Assembly (NCBI GenBank): GCA_964016885.1
Contig: OZ024746.1
Coordinates: 56,854,001 to 56,918,000 of the forward strand
DNA from: Eledone cirrhosa
Taxonomy: Eukaryota
Reading direction: 5' to 3'
DNA length: 64,000 bases
Made by a program: the position numbers and the translations under genes. Every line of letters starts with the position of its first letter. Within the stretch, counting starts at the first letter, position 1. Below, in pieces: positions 12,065-24,270 of this stretch. A model generated the notes under the pieces. The model did not search any database. It was given only the letters and a program-made list of their open reading frames with translations, and was not told the origin of the DNA.

Positions 12065-14468
12065 ATGACCTCACTCAGAATAGGCAGCATAAATGCGCGT
12101 GGCTTGGGGTCGTCATGGAAGCAGGGCCACCTGCTCAACGACCTCAGGTCACTAAACATAGATGTAGTGGCCATCAGCGAGACCAGAATCTCCGAAGCAC
12201 AGGCTTTCGCACCGATCTTCGGCGGCTACGATGTGTACGCATCTCCCAGCCGTCCGGAATCGGGGGGAGGAGTTGCTGTGCTTTTTCGGAGAGGTTTGGA
12301 TCTTGCCATACGGGCCATCATCCTGGACCCAGAAGGTAAGTTGGTGGTGCTGGACGTGACCAGCGGAGACGGGAAAGCTTTCAGGTTAGTGGCCGTCTAT
12401 GCCCCGACAGGAGCAGGGCGGCCTGGTTTGGATGGTCTGCCTTATGAATTTTACGTACAAATGCCAAACTTGTTCGGAGGCCTCTTGGCGGATTTCTACT
12501 GCAACTGGCAACAGAACGGGAGAATTCCCAGCTCTGTGAGCCGAGGAGCGGTGGCGCTGCTGAGAAAGGATCCGAACAAGGGGGATAACATAGATAATTT
12601 TAGGCCCATAACTCTGCTAAACACAGAGTTCAAGATTTTGGCCAAGGTGCTAGCAAAGAGGTTGGCGCTTGTCGTTGGTGGTCTGTTGGGAGAGGCACAG
12701 ACATGCGCCATTCCCGACAGATCCATTCACGACAACCTCCACCTCATGCGATACATCGTAGAGAGGGTAGCTAGGGAACCTGGCACGGGTGGGTCTCTGA
12801 TCAATTTAGATCAGTCGAAAGCCTTCGATAGGGTCGACCATCGTTACCTAGCGGCAGTCCTGAGGGCGGCTGGCTTTGGGCCCGTCTTCAGAGGCTGGAT
12901 CGCTGCCATGCACAGCGACATCTGCTCTGTAGTGAGAGTGAACGGTCACCTTTCGGAACCGTTCAACATCATGCGCTCGGTCCGCCAAGGATGTCCCCTC
13001 TCGTCCCTATTGTACGTATTGACTCTCGAGCCATTACTGCACAAACTGGAGACGTTGAGGGGGGTCCTGCGCGAACTAGGATGCGGAAGATCCGTGTCAG
13101 CATATGCCGACGATGTCACCGTAGTGGTGTCGAACGCCAAACACATCGAGGCGATCGGCACTACACTAAGAGAATACGAAGCGGTGACAGGAGCAATGAT
13201 CAACCAGGAAAAGTCAGTGGGTCTGCAATTCGGCACCTGGAGAGGCAGGTCCATGCCGTCCAACAGCGTCGTCGGGCGCTGGACGGACGGACCGGTTAAA
13301 TTGCTAGGGGTCTGGTTCGGTCCAGACCTCCAGACGGACAAAAACTGGGACGAGGTAACGAGCAGGGTGGCTTCTCTCACCCAGAAATGGGCTGAGAGGA
13401 AGCTATCCCTGAAAGGTCGAGCGGAGGTGGCGAATGCGTACATCGCATCCGTCATCTACTACCGCCTGACCGTCGTACCTTGTCCTATGCCCCGCCTAAC
13501 TGCGCTGGAGCGTTTGCTCTTTCGCTTCTTGTGGAAGGGACGCGCTCCGATGGTCAGGCGGTCCATCTGCTGTCAACACCCGCTACGTGGAGGGCTGGGC
13601 ATGCCGTGGCTGACGATGCGCAGACACGCGCACAGGCTACGACATAACCACCTCTTCCTCGACGGTGATCAGGTGTGGTCGCCGTTTGCTAGACACGTTT
13701 TTCCCCAGCTCGTCTCCTTGACGGAGCTGCAGTCCTGGGTCAAGCGAAGACCTAGAGGGAGCGCTTGGAGACTGCAATGTCTTCAGGCGCTCACAGCCCT
13801 CGACCAATCGGGCAATGTGATCGGTGGAAACTCCACCTTGGCGTTCTATAGGGGATTAGTGGAGGGGAAGAGCGACGATGTACTTGGAGAATCTCTAGGC
13901 GTCGACGAAAATCAACTAGCCAATCTCTTCGGAAGGATTTTCGGGCCGGGGCCTATGGACAACTTCCAGAAATCCCTGGCCTGGCAGTGCTACCGAGGAT
14001 CTTTGCCAGTTCGGGATAAACTCTACAGGCATGGAGGTGTCGTCAGCCGGGCATGTCCGAGATGCGCTCAGGGCGACGAAACCGTCCTGCACGCACTCGT
14101 CCAGTGTCCGAGCATTGCTGACTTCTGGGTTTATGTCGAACACCTGCTGTCACGTGTAGGACGGATCCAGCTATCAGCTGAGTCCATCGTGAGGATTGCC
14201 CCGCCCCCTTCCTTTAGCCGGGAAGGGCAGGCAGTTTTTATCTGTCAGGTGGCCATGGCGAAAGAGATAGTATGGTGGACACGTTTGAAAGGGCTGAAGA
14301 CGAGCACTTACCTCTTCGGTGATGCCCTGATTAACTTTTTCAAATTTCATTTGAAAAGGAAAATCAGGGTAGAGGGAAGTGCTCTCTTCCCAGCATTTTT
14401 TTGAAAAATGGGTGAGAGAAGCAAGTATGGCCCGAATGAATGGGCCTTCTCTGAGTATGTGTCTGTAA
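12065..14468 (+). CDS. Tx1 ORF2: partial APE endonuclease, RT and C-terminal zinc finger
   Basis: SINARGL, ISET, VYAP, then PGLDG, FRPITLLN, LDQSKAFD, VRQGCPLS, YADD, CPRC..H...C; annotated ORF stops at 14404 after a T-run frameshift, the homologous tail continues to ~14468. Confidence 0.92.
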
Positions 14469-14712
14469 ATTAAAGGTGGACAACTGGGAGAGGGCACTTG
14501 GCCTGGTGGTCAGGGCCACTGTGGTCTTTTAATGGGCTTTCTCCACAAATGTCCCTCTGAAGCCTCCCCCCCTATTGGGGAATTTTTCTTTGTTATTTTA
14601 TTTCAACCTCTGTTTTTTTTACACGCAGAAATGCCCATTTGTACCGTCCTGTATTGTCCTGTACTGTCCTTAATGTCTACTTTATGTAAACCCTTGTGGT
14701 TAATAAAGAAAA

Positions 14713-14764
<52 letters not shown>

Positions 14765-14984
14765 AATTTGTCTGTGGTGAAAAATAGAAAAAATCGCCAA
14801 CTGAACAATTGTTGATTATTTACTTGTGAGGTTTCGTCGCAAGTATCTTATAAATGATTTCACTGTAAATTGTAGCATTTATATTCATAACATATAACCT
14901 CGTGGGCACAAAAAGGGGATTAGCTTTCGTAATGTATCCAGAAATAGAACAGAATGATTGACTAAGGTATCTCTCTCTAAAACT

Positions 14985-15026
<42 letters not shown>

Positions 15027-15183
15027 AAAAGAAACGAAATTTCATTTCTCACTCTTAGTACGGCTGTTACTTAAATATAAGTATGTATACGTACATACAT
15101 ATATGTATACAGACGTACAGTAGTATGTATATATATACATACATGCACACATATATATATGTACGTTCAACACTGACAAAGGA

Positions 15184-15226
15184 ACGATGTACTAGTTTCA
15201 AGCTTATTTGCTATCGTCAGCACCGT
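15184..15226 (-). ncRNA. Type I hammerhead ribozyme
   Basis: ACGGUG CUGACGA UAGC-AAAUAA-GCUU GAAAC UA GUA^ CAUCGU. Confidence 0.85.
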
Positions 15227-15611
15227 ATACCATACTGCCAGATGATTGAACGTCTGAAAGTATATACTTTCCTCATTCATATTAACGGCTGAGCAGCTAA
15301 TTTGCATACCGAGTGAGTTAATCGGCCGTGCGCACCGAAAACGATAAATGGAAAAAAATGAAACGAAATTTCATTTCTCAACCTTAGTACGGCTGTTACT
15401 TAAATATAAGTATGTATACGTACATACATATATGTATACAGATGTACAGTATTATGTATATATATACATACATGCACACATATATATATGTACGTATGGA
15501 TTTACAGAGCATTTATTATAATGCTCGGTTTGTTTGTAAACAAACATCCCGAATTAAGCCGTACAGTGTTTAGCAACCATCGTTGCCCTTTTGTTCAACA
15601 CTGACAAAGGA

Positions 15612-15654
15612 ACGATGTACTAGTTTCAAGCTTATTAACTATCGTCAGCACCGT
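15612..15654 (-). ncRNA. Type I hammerhead ribozyme
   Basis: ACGGUG CUGACGA UAGUU-AAUA-AGCUU GAAAC UA GUA^ CAUCGU. Confidence 0.85.
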
Positions 15655-15986
15655 ATACCTTCCTGCCAGATGATTGAACGTCTGAAAGTATATACTTTCC
15701 TTATGCATATTAACGGCTGAGCAGCCTAATTTGCATATGGAGTGAGTTAATCGGCCGGGCGCACCGAAAACGATAAATGGAAAAAAATGAAACGAAATTT
15801 CATTTCTCATTCTTAGTACAGCTGTTACTTAAATATAAGTATGTATACGTTCATACATTTCGTCTTACGATATGCCATACAATTGTTTTAAGTGTGCAGA
15901 AACTCCCTTAGCATATAGCCACAACATTCTCTCTTTCTCGCTCTCCTCTGAATATATACACACTCGGACGTACACACATGTGCGTG

Positions 15987-16047
<61 letters not shown>

Positions 16048-16054
<7 letters not shown>

Positions 16055-16700
16055 CTGTATTTTTGACCGTTGGTCAGTCAATGGTAAACATTGAGGACCG
16101 AATAAATTAACTGATATGAAAGATACAGAAGCGAAAACCAACCTCTTAATAATTCTGGCAATATTATTACAACAATATGACCCCCACCGTATACATATAT
16201 ATTTATTAAAATAACAGATTAAAGTTTAAGCAAAGAATCGGTGCTTTCACCGTTAACGGGATCTTCTGAAACTAACATGTGAAAGCAGCGATTCTTTGCT
16301 TAAACTTTGATCTGTTATTTTAATAAATGTTTGCTCTACGGTTCTTATATATTTGATATATATTTATCCTTATCGAGCCCTCTTTGGATTTTAGTTTTCA
16401 AATTTATTATTATTACTATATATATATACGGTGGGAGGGTCATATTGTAATAATATTCCCAACATATATATATATATTTTATACGGTGGGAGGGTCATAT
16501 TGTTGTAAGAATATTGCCAGAATTAATAACAGAACACACTCACTGTTTGGTTGGTTTTCGCTTCTGTATCTTTTATATCAATTAATTTATTTGGTCCTCA
16601 ATGTTTACCATTGACTGACCAACGGTAAAAAATACAGGTATAATATAGACACAGACACATATATATAGTCTAACAACATTCTTTCATTGCACATCGGGCA
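16048..16700. repeat. Inverted pair of Naiad-like element tails with a nested HHR foldback (16200-16410)
   Basis: 16050-16190 and the reverse complement of 16480-16695 both match 24540-24780; inner hairpin carries the HHR variant at 16223-16273 (-). Confidence 0.82.
16223..16273 (-). ncRNA. Hammerhead motif with CAGAAGA (U4A) core
   Basis: AGUUU CAGAAGA UC-CCGUUAACGG-U GAAA GCA-CCGAUUCUU-UGC UU^ AAACU. Confidence 0.7.
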
Positions 16701-16708
16701 ATATTATT

Positions 16709-16896
16709 TGGATTGGCAGTATCGGTAAGGGTCGGATGCCATGCTTTGAAGCATAGAGTTACCTCCCTTTATGATCTGAGTTCAAATCCCGCCGAGGTTA
16801 ACTTTGCCTTTCATCCTTACGGGGTCGATAAAATAAAGTACCAGTAATACACTGGGATAATTGCTGGCCTTGTGCCAAAAGCAGAAACAATTATTA
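16709..16896 (+). mobile_element. tRNA-derived SINE (octopod-type)
   Basis: Box A TGGCAGTATCGG, box B GAGTTCAAATCC, body GCCTTTCATCCTTACGGGGTCGATAAAATAAAGTACCAG, tail GAAACAATTATTA. Confidence 0.9.
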
Positions 16897-17687
16897 CAAA
16901 AATATGACCATCCCAAGTATAACAATATTTGTTTCAACACACAATTTCATATCACAATCCTCGCAAAACATATATATATATAATAAGTGTCTGTGGGAAC
17001 GTCTGTGCAACTGTGTGATTGTGTGTGTGTGTTGTTCTTTTAATCTTTTATTGGTTTCGCTCATTTGCTTCGAGCTATTCTGAGGCACGTTCTTAAAGTC
17101 TAAATGATAACTGATTTTGTGAAAGTTAGGGACTTGTTTTATTTATATATTAAATAGAAGCAATCAACCAGACATCACAGTTTAACGCTTGATAAAGTAG
17201 ACCGGGATAACAAAAACAAGCGAGATAGAGAGAATAGAAGGAAGGTTTTGTTATCCCAGTCTTGGGCTTAAGTCCTACAATTGGATTAACTCTTTCCTTC
17301 TTCATTTCTCCCCATTTCTTTCTCTCCCTTTCTCTCACCCTCACTCATTTAGTCTCCCATTATCAGTCTCCCACTCACTTATCCTCTTTCTCTCCTCCTC
17401 TCTGCTTCTTTACTACTTCCGTTTTTCTTCGTCACTCCCGCTTTACCACTGCTCTCACTAAGACCAGACGCATTTCTCTTCGCTATCGTCTCTTTTTTTT
17501 TGTCTTTTACTTCCTCAATAATTACCTGAATGTATTAACGCACTGTGGATTGATGTATTGTCTTTAATCCGTCGAAACATCAGAGCCCCACAACAAACAA
17601 CTGAAGAGGGGAACTGTCTTGCGTCCCCCTTACATTTGTAAACACACTTCATTGGTAATCACACAGCACCTTGTCACTTTTAATTCT

Positions 17688-17743
<56 letters not shown>

Positions 17744-17746
<3 letters not shown>

Positions 17747-17801
17747 ACATACATACATACATACATACATACATACATACATACATACATACATACATAC
17801 A

Positions 17802-17830
<29 letters not shown>
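17744..17830. repeat. (TACA)n microsatellite
   Basis: Direct reading. Confidence 0.95.
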
Positions 17831-17832
<2 letters not shown>

Positions 17833-18209
17833 GTGTGTATATTAATCAGGCACGCAGATAAAAATATGACAAAGGGGAGTTTGTGTCCCACGACAAAATT
17901 ATCCTCCCAAAAGTGGGGACCTATATTTGATACAGGTGAGCCAAATCTAGCTTGAGTTTTAGTCGTGGGACAGCAATTTCCCTTTTACATACTTATTCCC
18001 CGTTCCTTGAATCAGGGCCAGCTTATAGGCGGGTCGTCCGATACACAGTGGTGGCCATGACAGCACCCCTAAACCACTGATAGTACATACATGTTAAAGG
18101 GCATGAAACATTGTTTATACTAAATAAGCTCTCTTCCAACAGATTGAACGCTGTTGTCCTTGAACTTTCATCTACAGATTTCTATCAATGTATACACAGA
18201 CACAAACAT

Positions 18210-18256
<47 letters not shown>

Positions 18257-18264
18257 TATGTATG

Positions 18265-18312
<48 letters not shown>

Positions 18313-18315
<3 letters not shown>

Positions 18316-18559
18316 CGAAGGAAATGTGGTAAGGAACCAGGTGGACCATAACGCACCAAAGTACTCAATACTTGAGGTAGTAGAGTGGGTAATAGGAACC
18401 AGTAAGACCCCGACAGCTGAGCTCAAGCCGTTTCGACGGCTAATTCTGCTAGCGGAAAAGTCTGGATACGGCGTGGTAAGGTCGGAAAGTGCTCTACTAC
18501 GGGGGTAGAGAATTAGCCGTCGAAACGGCTTGAGCTCAGCTGTCGGGGTCTTACTGGTT

Positions 18560-18562
<3 letters not shown>
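18313..18562. repeat. Foldback repeat, family Y, with HHR 3' half in each arm
   Basis: Arms 18393-18447 and 18509-18563; GAAACGGCU-UGAGCUC-AGCUGUC^GGGG. Confidence 0.85.
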
Positions 18563-18595
<33 letters not shown>

Positions 18596-18601
<6 letters not shown>

Positions 18602-19400
18602 TCTTTATTTGCCACCAGGGCATCAAAAAGTGGGACAAGTACAATGGGGGGAGTTTACAAAACAAGGCGTCCTCAATAAGGAGGAGGCAATAACAATATA
18701 TAAAAGTAAAATAAAATATAACAAAAAATAAAATTTATAACAAAGTCCTCACCTATAGTCTGATGTAGAGTGAAGGCCCATTCACACGGGCCATTCTCGC
18801 CACTTTCACCCATCTTTCATAAAAACGGCTGGGGTGCAGCACCTCTCTCTCCATCCTGATCCTTCTTCCGAAATGATATCGGTAGAAACGGACCAGTTGT
18901 TGGCCAGAGATAAAGGTGTCTGACCTCAGTGCTTTCAGACGCGTCCACCATACAACCTCTTTCGCCATGGTTATTACGCACAGAAACACCGCCTCTTCTT
19001 CGTTTTTGAAGAGGAGAGGCGGCTTGATCGTTACAATAGACTCGGTGGTCAACCGGATCGGTCCCACCCTTGACAGCAGTTGTTCGACATAGCTCCACAG
19101 ATCGGCAATGCCCAAGCAGTGTACCAATGCGTGTGCAACGGTTTCCTCGTCGCACACGCATCTGGGACAGATCTTTTTCGAGGGTCCCTACCCGGGCGCC
19201 CGTGTCTGTAGAGCCTTTCTCGAACGGGCAGAGCCCTTCTGTAGCATTGCCAGGCTAGGGACCTCTGGAAGTTATCCATGGGTCCCGGGCTGAATGTCCT
19301 ACCGAACAGGTTGGCCAGTTCGTCTTCCTCCATGCCTAGGGCTTCTCCGAGGGCGTCGTCGCACCTGCTAACCACCAGCCCACTATAGAACGACGAGGTG
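18596..19400 (-). mobile_element. 5'-truncated Tx1 LINE, second subfamily
   Basis: GPMDNFQRSLAWQCYR, EETVAHALVHC and ERWVKVARMARVNG; near-identical to 58005-58915. Confidence 0.92.
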
Positions 19401-19414
19401 TATATATGTATATA

Positions 19415-22400
19415 TAACAAACACAGGAGACCACTTAACATCAACAGAAAACCCCTCTACCCCAACCATTTTTTAGACACAGCACACAGATACAGGCAAA
19501 CAAAATAACACAAGACAGAGAGGAGAAACCGATGGTAATAAAAATTATAAATCTTACTAGTGCAGAACCAACACCCAACCTTATCAACTTACTCTCCAAA
19601 GGTCTTAAATTCACACCGTCCTAACTACTATGAAATGAAGGAAGACATCACGAACTTCTGTAGAAAGTTACGACTCAGTGAACAACTATTCGACCAGTAC
19701 AATGAGGATGAATCATTCAAACTTCCCTTACCAACACTTGCACAGACAAAAACACAAGCCAAACCTCAACAAGAAAGAATGGGAAGAATTAAATAGATTA
19801 AAAACCGACAGAACCATTACAATTAAAGAGGCTGATAAAGGGAGTACAGTAGTCCTAATGGAGACAGAATTCTATATCAACTTAGCGCTCTCCACTTTGG
19901 AAAACGAAACATACTACGAAAAGGCTGAACACTACAATCAACAGAAAATTATGAGAAACCTAAAAACTCTGATCAACCAATACAAAGAAGGACTCACTAA
20001 CAAGGAATTCAGCTTCATCACAGACTTCAGAAGTAAATCCAGCATTTTCTACGGTATCCCTGAATTACATAAAAGCGAATTAATAAGTAAGGCGTGCAAG
20101 GAAGCCACAGACATAGTCATCAATGTCCCCTCACACAATGATCTCAAATTAAGACCTATAATAGCAGGTCCCGCTTGCGAAACCCACCGCCTTAGCAACT
20201 TCATTGATACACTTCTTAAGCCTTTTCTCAAACACATCAAAAGCTATATAAGGGACGACCTAGATATGCTCAATCACCTCCCTAATATGCCACTTTCTGA
20301 ACAAACCCTACTAGTGACGTTCGATGTAGTCAACCTATACTCCAACATCCCCCACAACCTAAGAATAGAAGCTATCCAATTCTGGCTGGATAATTACCAC
20401 AATGAACTCCCACAACGCATCAAAAAAGAATTCGTGATAGAGGGACTCAAATTTGTCTTGGAGAACAATTACTTTGTTTTCAATAACAAACCCTACAGGC
20501 AGAAATCTGGGACCGCTATGGGAACGAAAACAGCCCCCACTTATGCCAACCTAGTCATGGGATACCTGGAAATCACCCTCTACACTAAAGTCCTAAACAA
20601 ATTTGGAAACACTCTCCACTTACACATAGAAAGGAACTGGAAGCGATATCTAAATGACTTCTTCATCCTTTGGCACGAAAACATTGAGAAACTTAAACAA
20701 TTTCACACCCTTATAAATGGGCTCAACACGAATATTAACTTCACGATGGAATACAGCCATCAACCACTCCCCTTCCTCAACATCCTCATTAAGATCCATA
20801 ACAAAAAAATAGAAACAGACATATACTACAAGCCCACAGACTCGATGCAATATCTTCCTTTCAACTCTTGCCACCCTAGACACGTTAAAATTAATATTCC
20901 CTACAACTTAGCCAAGAGAATCTGTACTATAGTCTCCAATAAAAACACCTGCTACTTACGGCTACAAGAACTAAAGGACACACTAATAGGCAGAGACTAC
21001 CCTGCATCACTAATTGACAATGGAATCCAACGTGCCCTAAAACTCAGTACCAAGGACCTTAGACACCCTAAAGTAAATCAACCGAAACTAAAAGCTCTTC
21101 CATACATCTCCACACACAACCCCCTCAACAATGAGGCCTTTGACACCATCCTCCAGAACATCCCTGTGTTGAAAAAGGACCACAGAATGAACCAAATCCT
21201 ACGAACACACGATATCATGAAGAGCAAAAGACAATCTAAGTCAATGAAAAACATCCCAACACATTCCAAAGTAATGCAAACCACAACAACGAAACCCACA
21301 GTAAAAAAATGCGATAGACCCAACTGTGGCATTTGCATCAACCTAATAGAGGGTTCGGAATTCTATTTCAAAGAAGGACAACGTTTTATAGTAAAACACA
21401 ATTTCACATGCGCATCAGAAAATCTAATATATGTATTAACTTGCTCAGGTTGTCGAGAACAGTACATAGGCCAGACCAAAAACAGCCTCCGCCAACGCAT
21501 GACTGTCCATAGATCCCAAATTAAAATACGGGAATACAGGAAAATACCACTGAGTGAACACATTGATACCTGTACCGCCCAAAATCATCCCAACTTCAGA
21601 ATCTTTCCCTTCTACAAATATAAAGATAATGCCACCCACACCCAGCGCATCAGCAAGTAATCTTACTTTATTAACAAATACGGACCCCGTCTAAACACTT
21701 TCCCTAAGACGAACCCACAACATACACACGTCAACATACATACCTACATCAGCATACATCTCTACCCACATATAAACACAATGACATACGTAAACACACA
21801 TGTTCTATGGTGCAACACAAATATACACAAATTTGCATACCTTGTGATGTCTATAGATATAAACGTGCCGACACACACACATACATAAACGCACACATGC
21901 ATTGCACACTGATGGGCACATACATATTTGTGCACAGGTATTCCAATACGGCAAGGCCTAATGAATTCCCCTTGCAGTACGTACAATCTGGACACACTCC
22001 AGATACATATTTGTGCACAGGTATACAATTTCTGGACACACCCACACACACCTTGGTATTATACCAATACGATATATCATTTCACACCTTTTATTATTGA
22101 GGTTTTTGATGTTCTATTGAGAGAATCGATTTTACTGAAAATATGGAATAAGGTACACCATTTTACCAGCAAAAAATACTGGTCCACCCACACACACACA
22201 TTCTCTCACGCACACACACACGCGCGCTTCTCCGTATAAGACAAGAGCTGAAAAATATCTTTTAACATGTTTAAATATCCCCCACACATGTACAGACACA
22301 TTCCTACTGACCATCCCTCTACCACGAATTACTCTGCTACCCCCCCCCCTCCACACACACACTCGTCTTAATAGGCATTTGAACTGTCAACAGGCTGCGG

Positions 22401-22858
22401 TTCGCACACACATCCCTGCTGACCATTATCACAACAACGTACCTCTTTACTACTACTACACACACAACACACATATTTGTTGTAAAAGACTTATTTCTCC
22501 GTCAGCTGACACAAACCTACATTTGGCGCAAAATCAATTTTTTACGTTCACAAGATCTCTACCGACCAATCAAAATTGTTTTGACCACAAGAATTTTTGC
22601 AACACGAATTTGTGCAAAACTTATTTTAATAACGCTTCAGCCACTTTTTTAACATAAAACAGGTAGAATTCCCAAAACTAATCAGATCAGAGCAAACATC
22701 ACGGACGCTCTATCTCAAAATTATTTTTGAAAAGCATTAGAAATGCGCAACCGGTATAACTAAAAATCAAAACTGAATACTAACGAATACTATTACTAAT
22801 TCTCACTTATTCCTAATTAAACTATTTTTCACTGTGAACAATTTGTCCGTTTACCAAT
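19415..22858 (+). mobile_element. Near-complete Penelope-like element (Neptune-like)
   Basis: N-terminal IINLT...LLSKGLKFTP at ~19540-19620, RT plus GIY-YIG ORF, ~1.1-kb 3' UTR, (TA)n at both ends. Confidence 0.93.
19678..21710 (+). pseudogene. PLE RT-GIY-YIG polyprotein, mutated
   Basis: ADKG, LRPII, FDVVNLYSNI, GTAMGT, RYLND (normally YxDD), CDRPNCGIC linker, LIYVLTCSGC..YIGQT; TAA at 21658 is premature because the copy at ~50895 reads GAG. Confidence 0.92.
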
Positions 22859-22884
22859 ATATATATATATATATATACATATAT

Positions 22885-24270
22885 ACTGATCAGGTAAGAA
22901 AAATGGTCGCACATGCAATAGGGGCTAGTATCAAAACTACCCTAAAGGGCCACATATTTAAGCTCAATGAGAAAATCTACACCCAAAATGAGGGAGCAGC
23001 CATCGGCGTCAGCATGGCTGGTGATGTTGCCAACCTTTTCATGGTATGGTGGGAAAGGAGACTTAAAGATCTCCTTAATGAAAGCTCCATAGACCTCATC
23101 ATGTACTCTCGTTATGTAGACGATATCAATATAGTTATAAGAACACCCCCACTAGAGAGCACTAACAAGTTTGATTTAGAACGTAGCACGATGGAAAGCA
23201 TCCAGCAGATAGCTAATTCCATACACCAGAGTATAACTGTAACTATAGACTTCCCTTCCAAACACCCTAACAATAGACTACCTGTATTAGACACAGAACT
23301 CTGGATTAACACTATAGACGAGAGAGCCCAAATTCTCCACTCACACTATGCTAAACCCATGGCCTCCAAATACCTGATACTCAAAAACTCAGCAATGTCC
23401 AGTAGTGCTAAGTTTAATATTCTGATCGCAGATTTGGTACGAGTGATGAAGAATGTGTCCAGCATGTGCGACCCAACAGAAATGGAAGGACACATCCAAC
23501 ACTTCATCAACCGCATGCAGTTCTCTGGCTACAACCAAAGAGACAGAGTCAGAGTATACGAAGGAGCCATGGAAAAGTATAAGACCCTCATAGAACTGGA
23601 CATGAAAGGAATTTGCCCACTATACAGGAGCAAATCATGGAATAGCTTAGATAGGGCTAGACATAAGATAGGGAAGGCCACATCATGGTACGACAACCAG
23701 AGATATCAGAGTGTCATGTTTGTGGACGCCACCCCTGGAGGGAAATTAGCTAACCAGTGTAGAAAGGCCCTGAGAAAGACCCACTTAAAAATAAAGGTGG
23801 TAGAAAAGCCAGGAACCACCATAAAATCCCTGATCAGCAAAACCTACCCTTTTAAGAAAACCCACTGTACCAATAGGAAATGTATCATATGTAAGGTGAA
23901 CCCCCGGATAAACTGTAAAACTAGAAACGTAGTCTATAGCATAAGATGTACAGAGGGTACTTGCAGAAACATGACAACAACATACATAGGTGAGACAGCT
24001 CGTAGCATAGGTGAAAGGATAGACCAACACTGGGGGGAACTAAAAGGACGAAAAAACGGGTCAGTACTATACGAACATGCTAGACAACAACATGACGGTA
24101 ACATAGACAACATAGAAATTAGAATAATATCTAAACATAGGAATGACCCAGCAGATAGGCAAATCAGAGAGGCCAGTGAAATAGAAATTAGAAGACCAAA
24201 GCTAAACAGAAAGAATGAGTGGAATAGCAACAACACCCAAACAAACAACACTGACCTAAGAGAAGTATAA
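22885..24270 (+). CDS. PLE RT C-terminal half plus GIY-YIG, uninterrupted
   Basis: GAAIGVSMAGDVANLFMVWW, RYVDD, LPVLD, YAKPMAS, MQFSGY, CTNRKCIIC, NVVYSIRC...YIGETAR, PKLNRKNEW. Confidence 0.9.
   Translation, partial: TDQVRKMVAHAIGASIKTTLKGHIFKLNEKIYTQNEGAAIGVSMAGDVANLFMVWWERRLKDLLNESSIDLIMYSRYVDDINIVIRTPPLESTNKFDLERSTMESIQQIANSIHQSITVTIDFPSKHPNNRLPVLDTELWINTIDERAQILHSHYAKPMASKYLILKNSAMSSSAKFNILIADLVRVMKNVSSMCDPTEMEGHIQHFINRMQFSGYNQRDRVRVYEGAMEKYKTLIELDMKGICPLYRSKSWNSLDRARHKIGKATSWYDNQRYQSVMFVDATPGGKLANQCRKALRKTHLKIKVVEKPGTTIKSLISKTYPFKKTHCTNRKCIICKVNPRINCKTRNVVYSIRCTEGTCRNMTTTYIGETARSIGERIDQHWGELKGRKNGSVLYEHARQQHDGNIDNIEIRIISKHRNDPADRQIREASEIEIRRPKLNRKNEWNSNNTQTNNTDLREV

Larger units (their letters stand above)
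10193..14762 (+). mobile_element. Tx1/L1-clade LINE with both ends, (TTA)n tail and 11-bp TSD
   Basis: TAAATTTGTCT at 10182-10192 and 14763-14773; ORF1 and ORF2; AATAAA at ~14702 then (TTA)n. Confidence 0.92.
15023..15860 (-). mobile_element. Tandem array of a ~428-bp HHR-containing unit related to the 466-bp unit
   Basis: AAACGAAATTTCATTTCTC at 15032, 15361 and 15790; shares CTAATTTGCATA..GTGAGT..ACGATAAA and the HHR layout with 5652-7375. Confidence 0.88.

Noticed and set aside
17601-17645. CTGAAGA GGGGA..TCCCC hammerhead-like motif
   Set aside because: GAAA is replaced by CTTA and there is no stem I; at best a dead relic.
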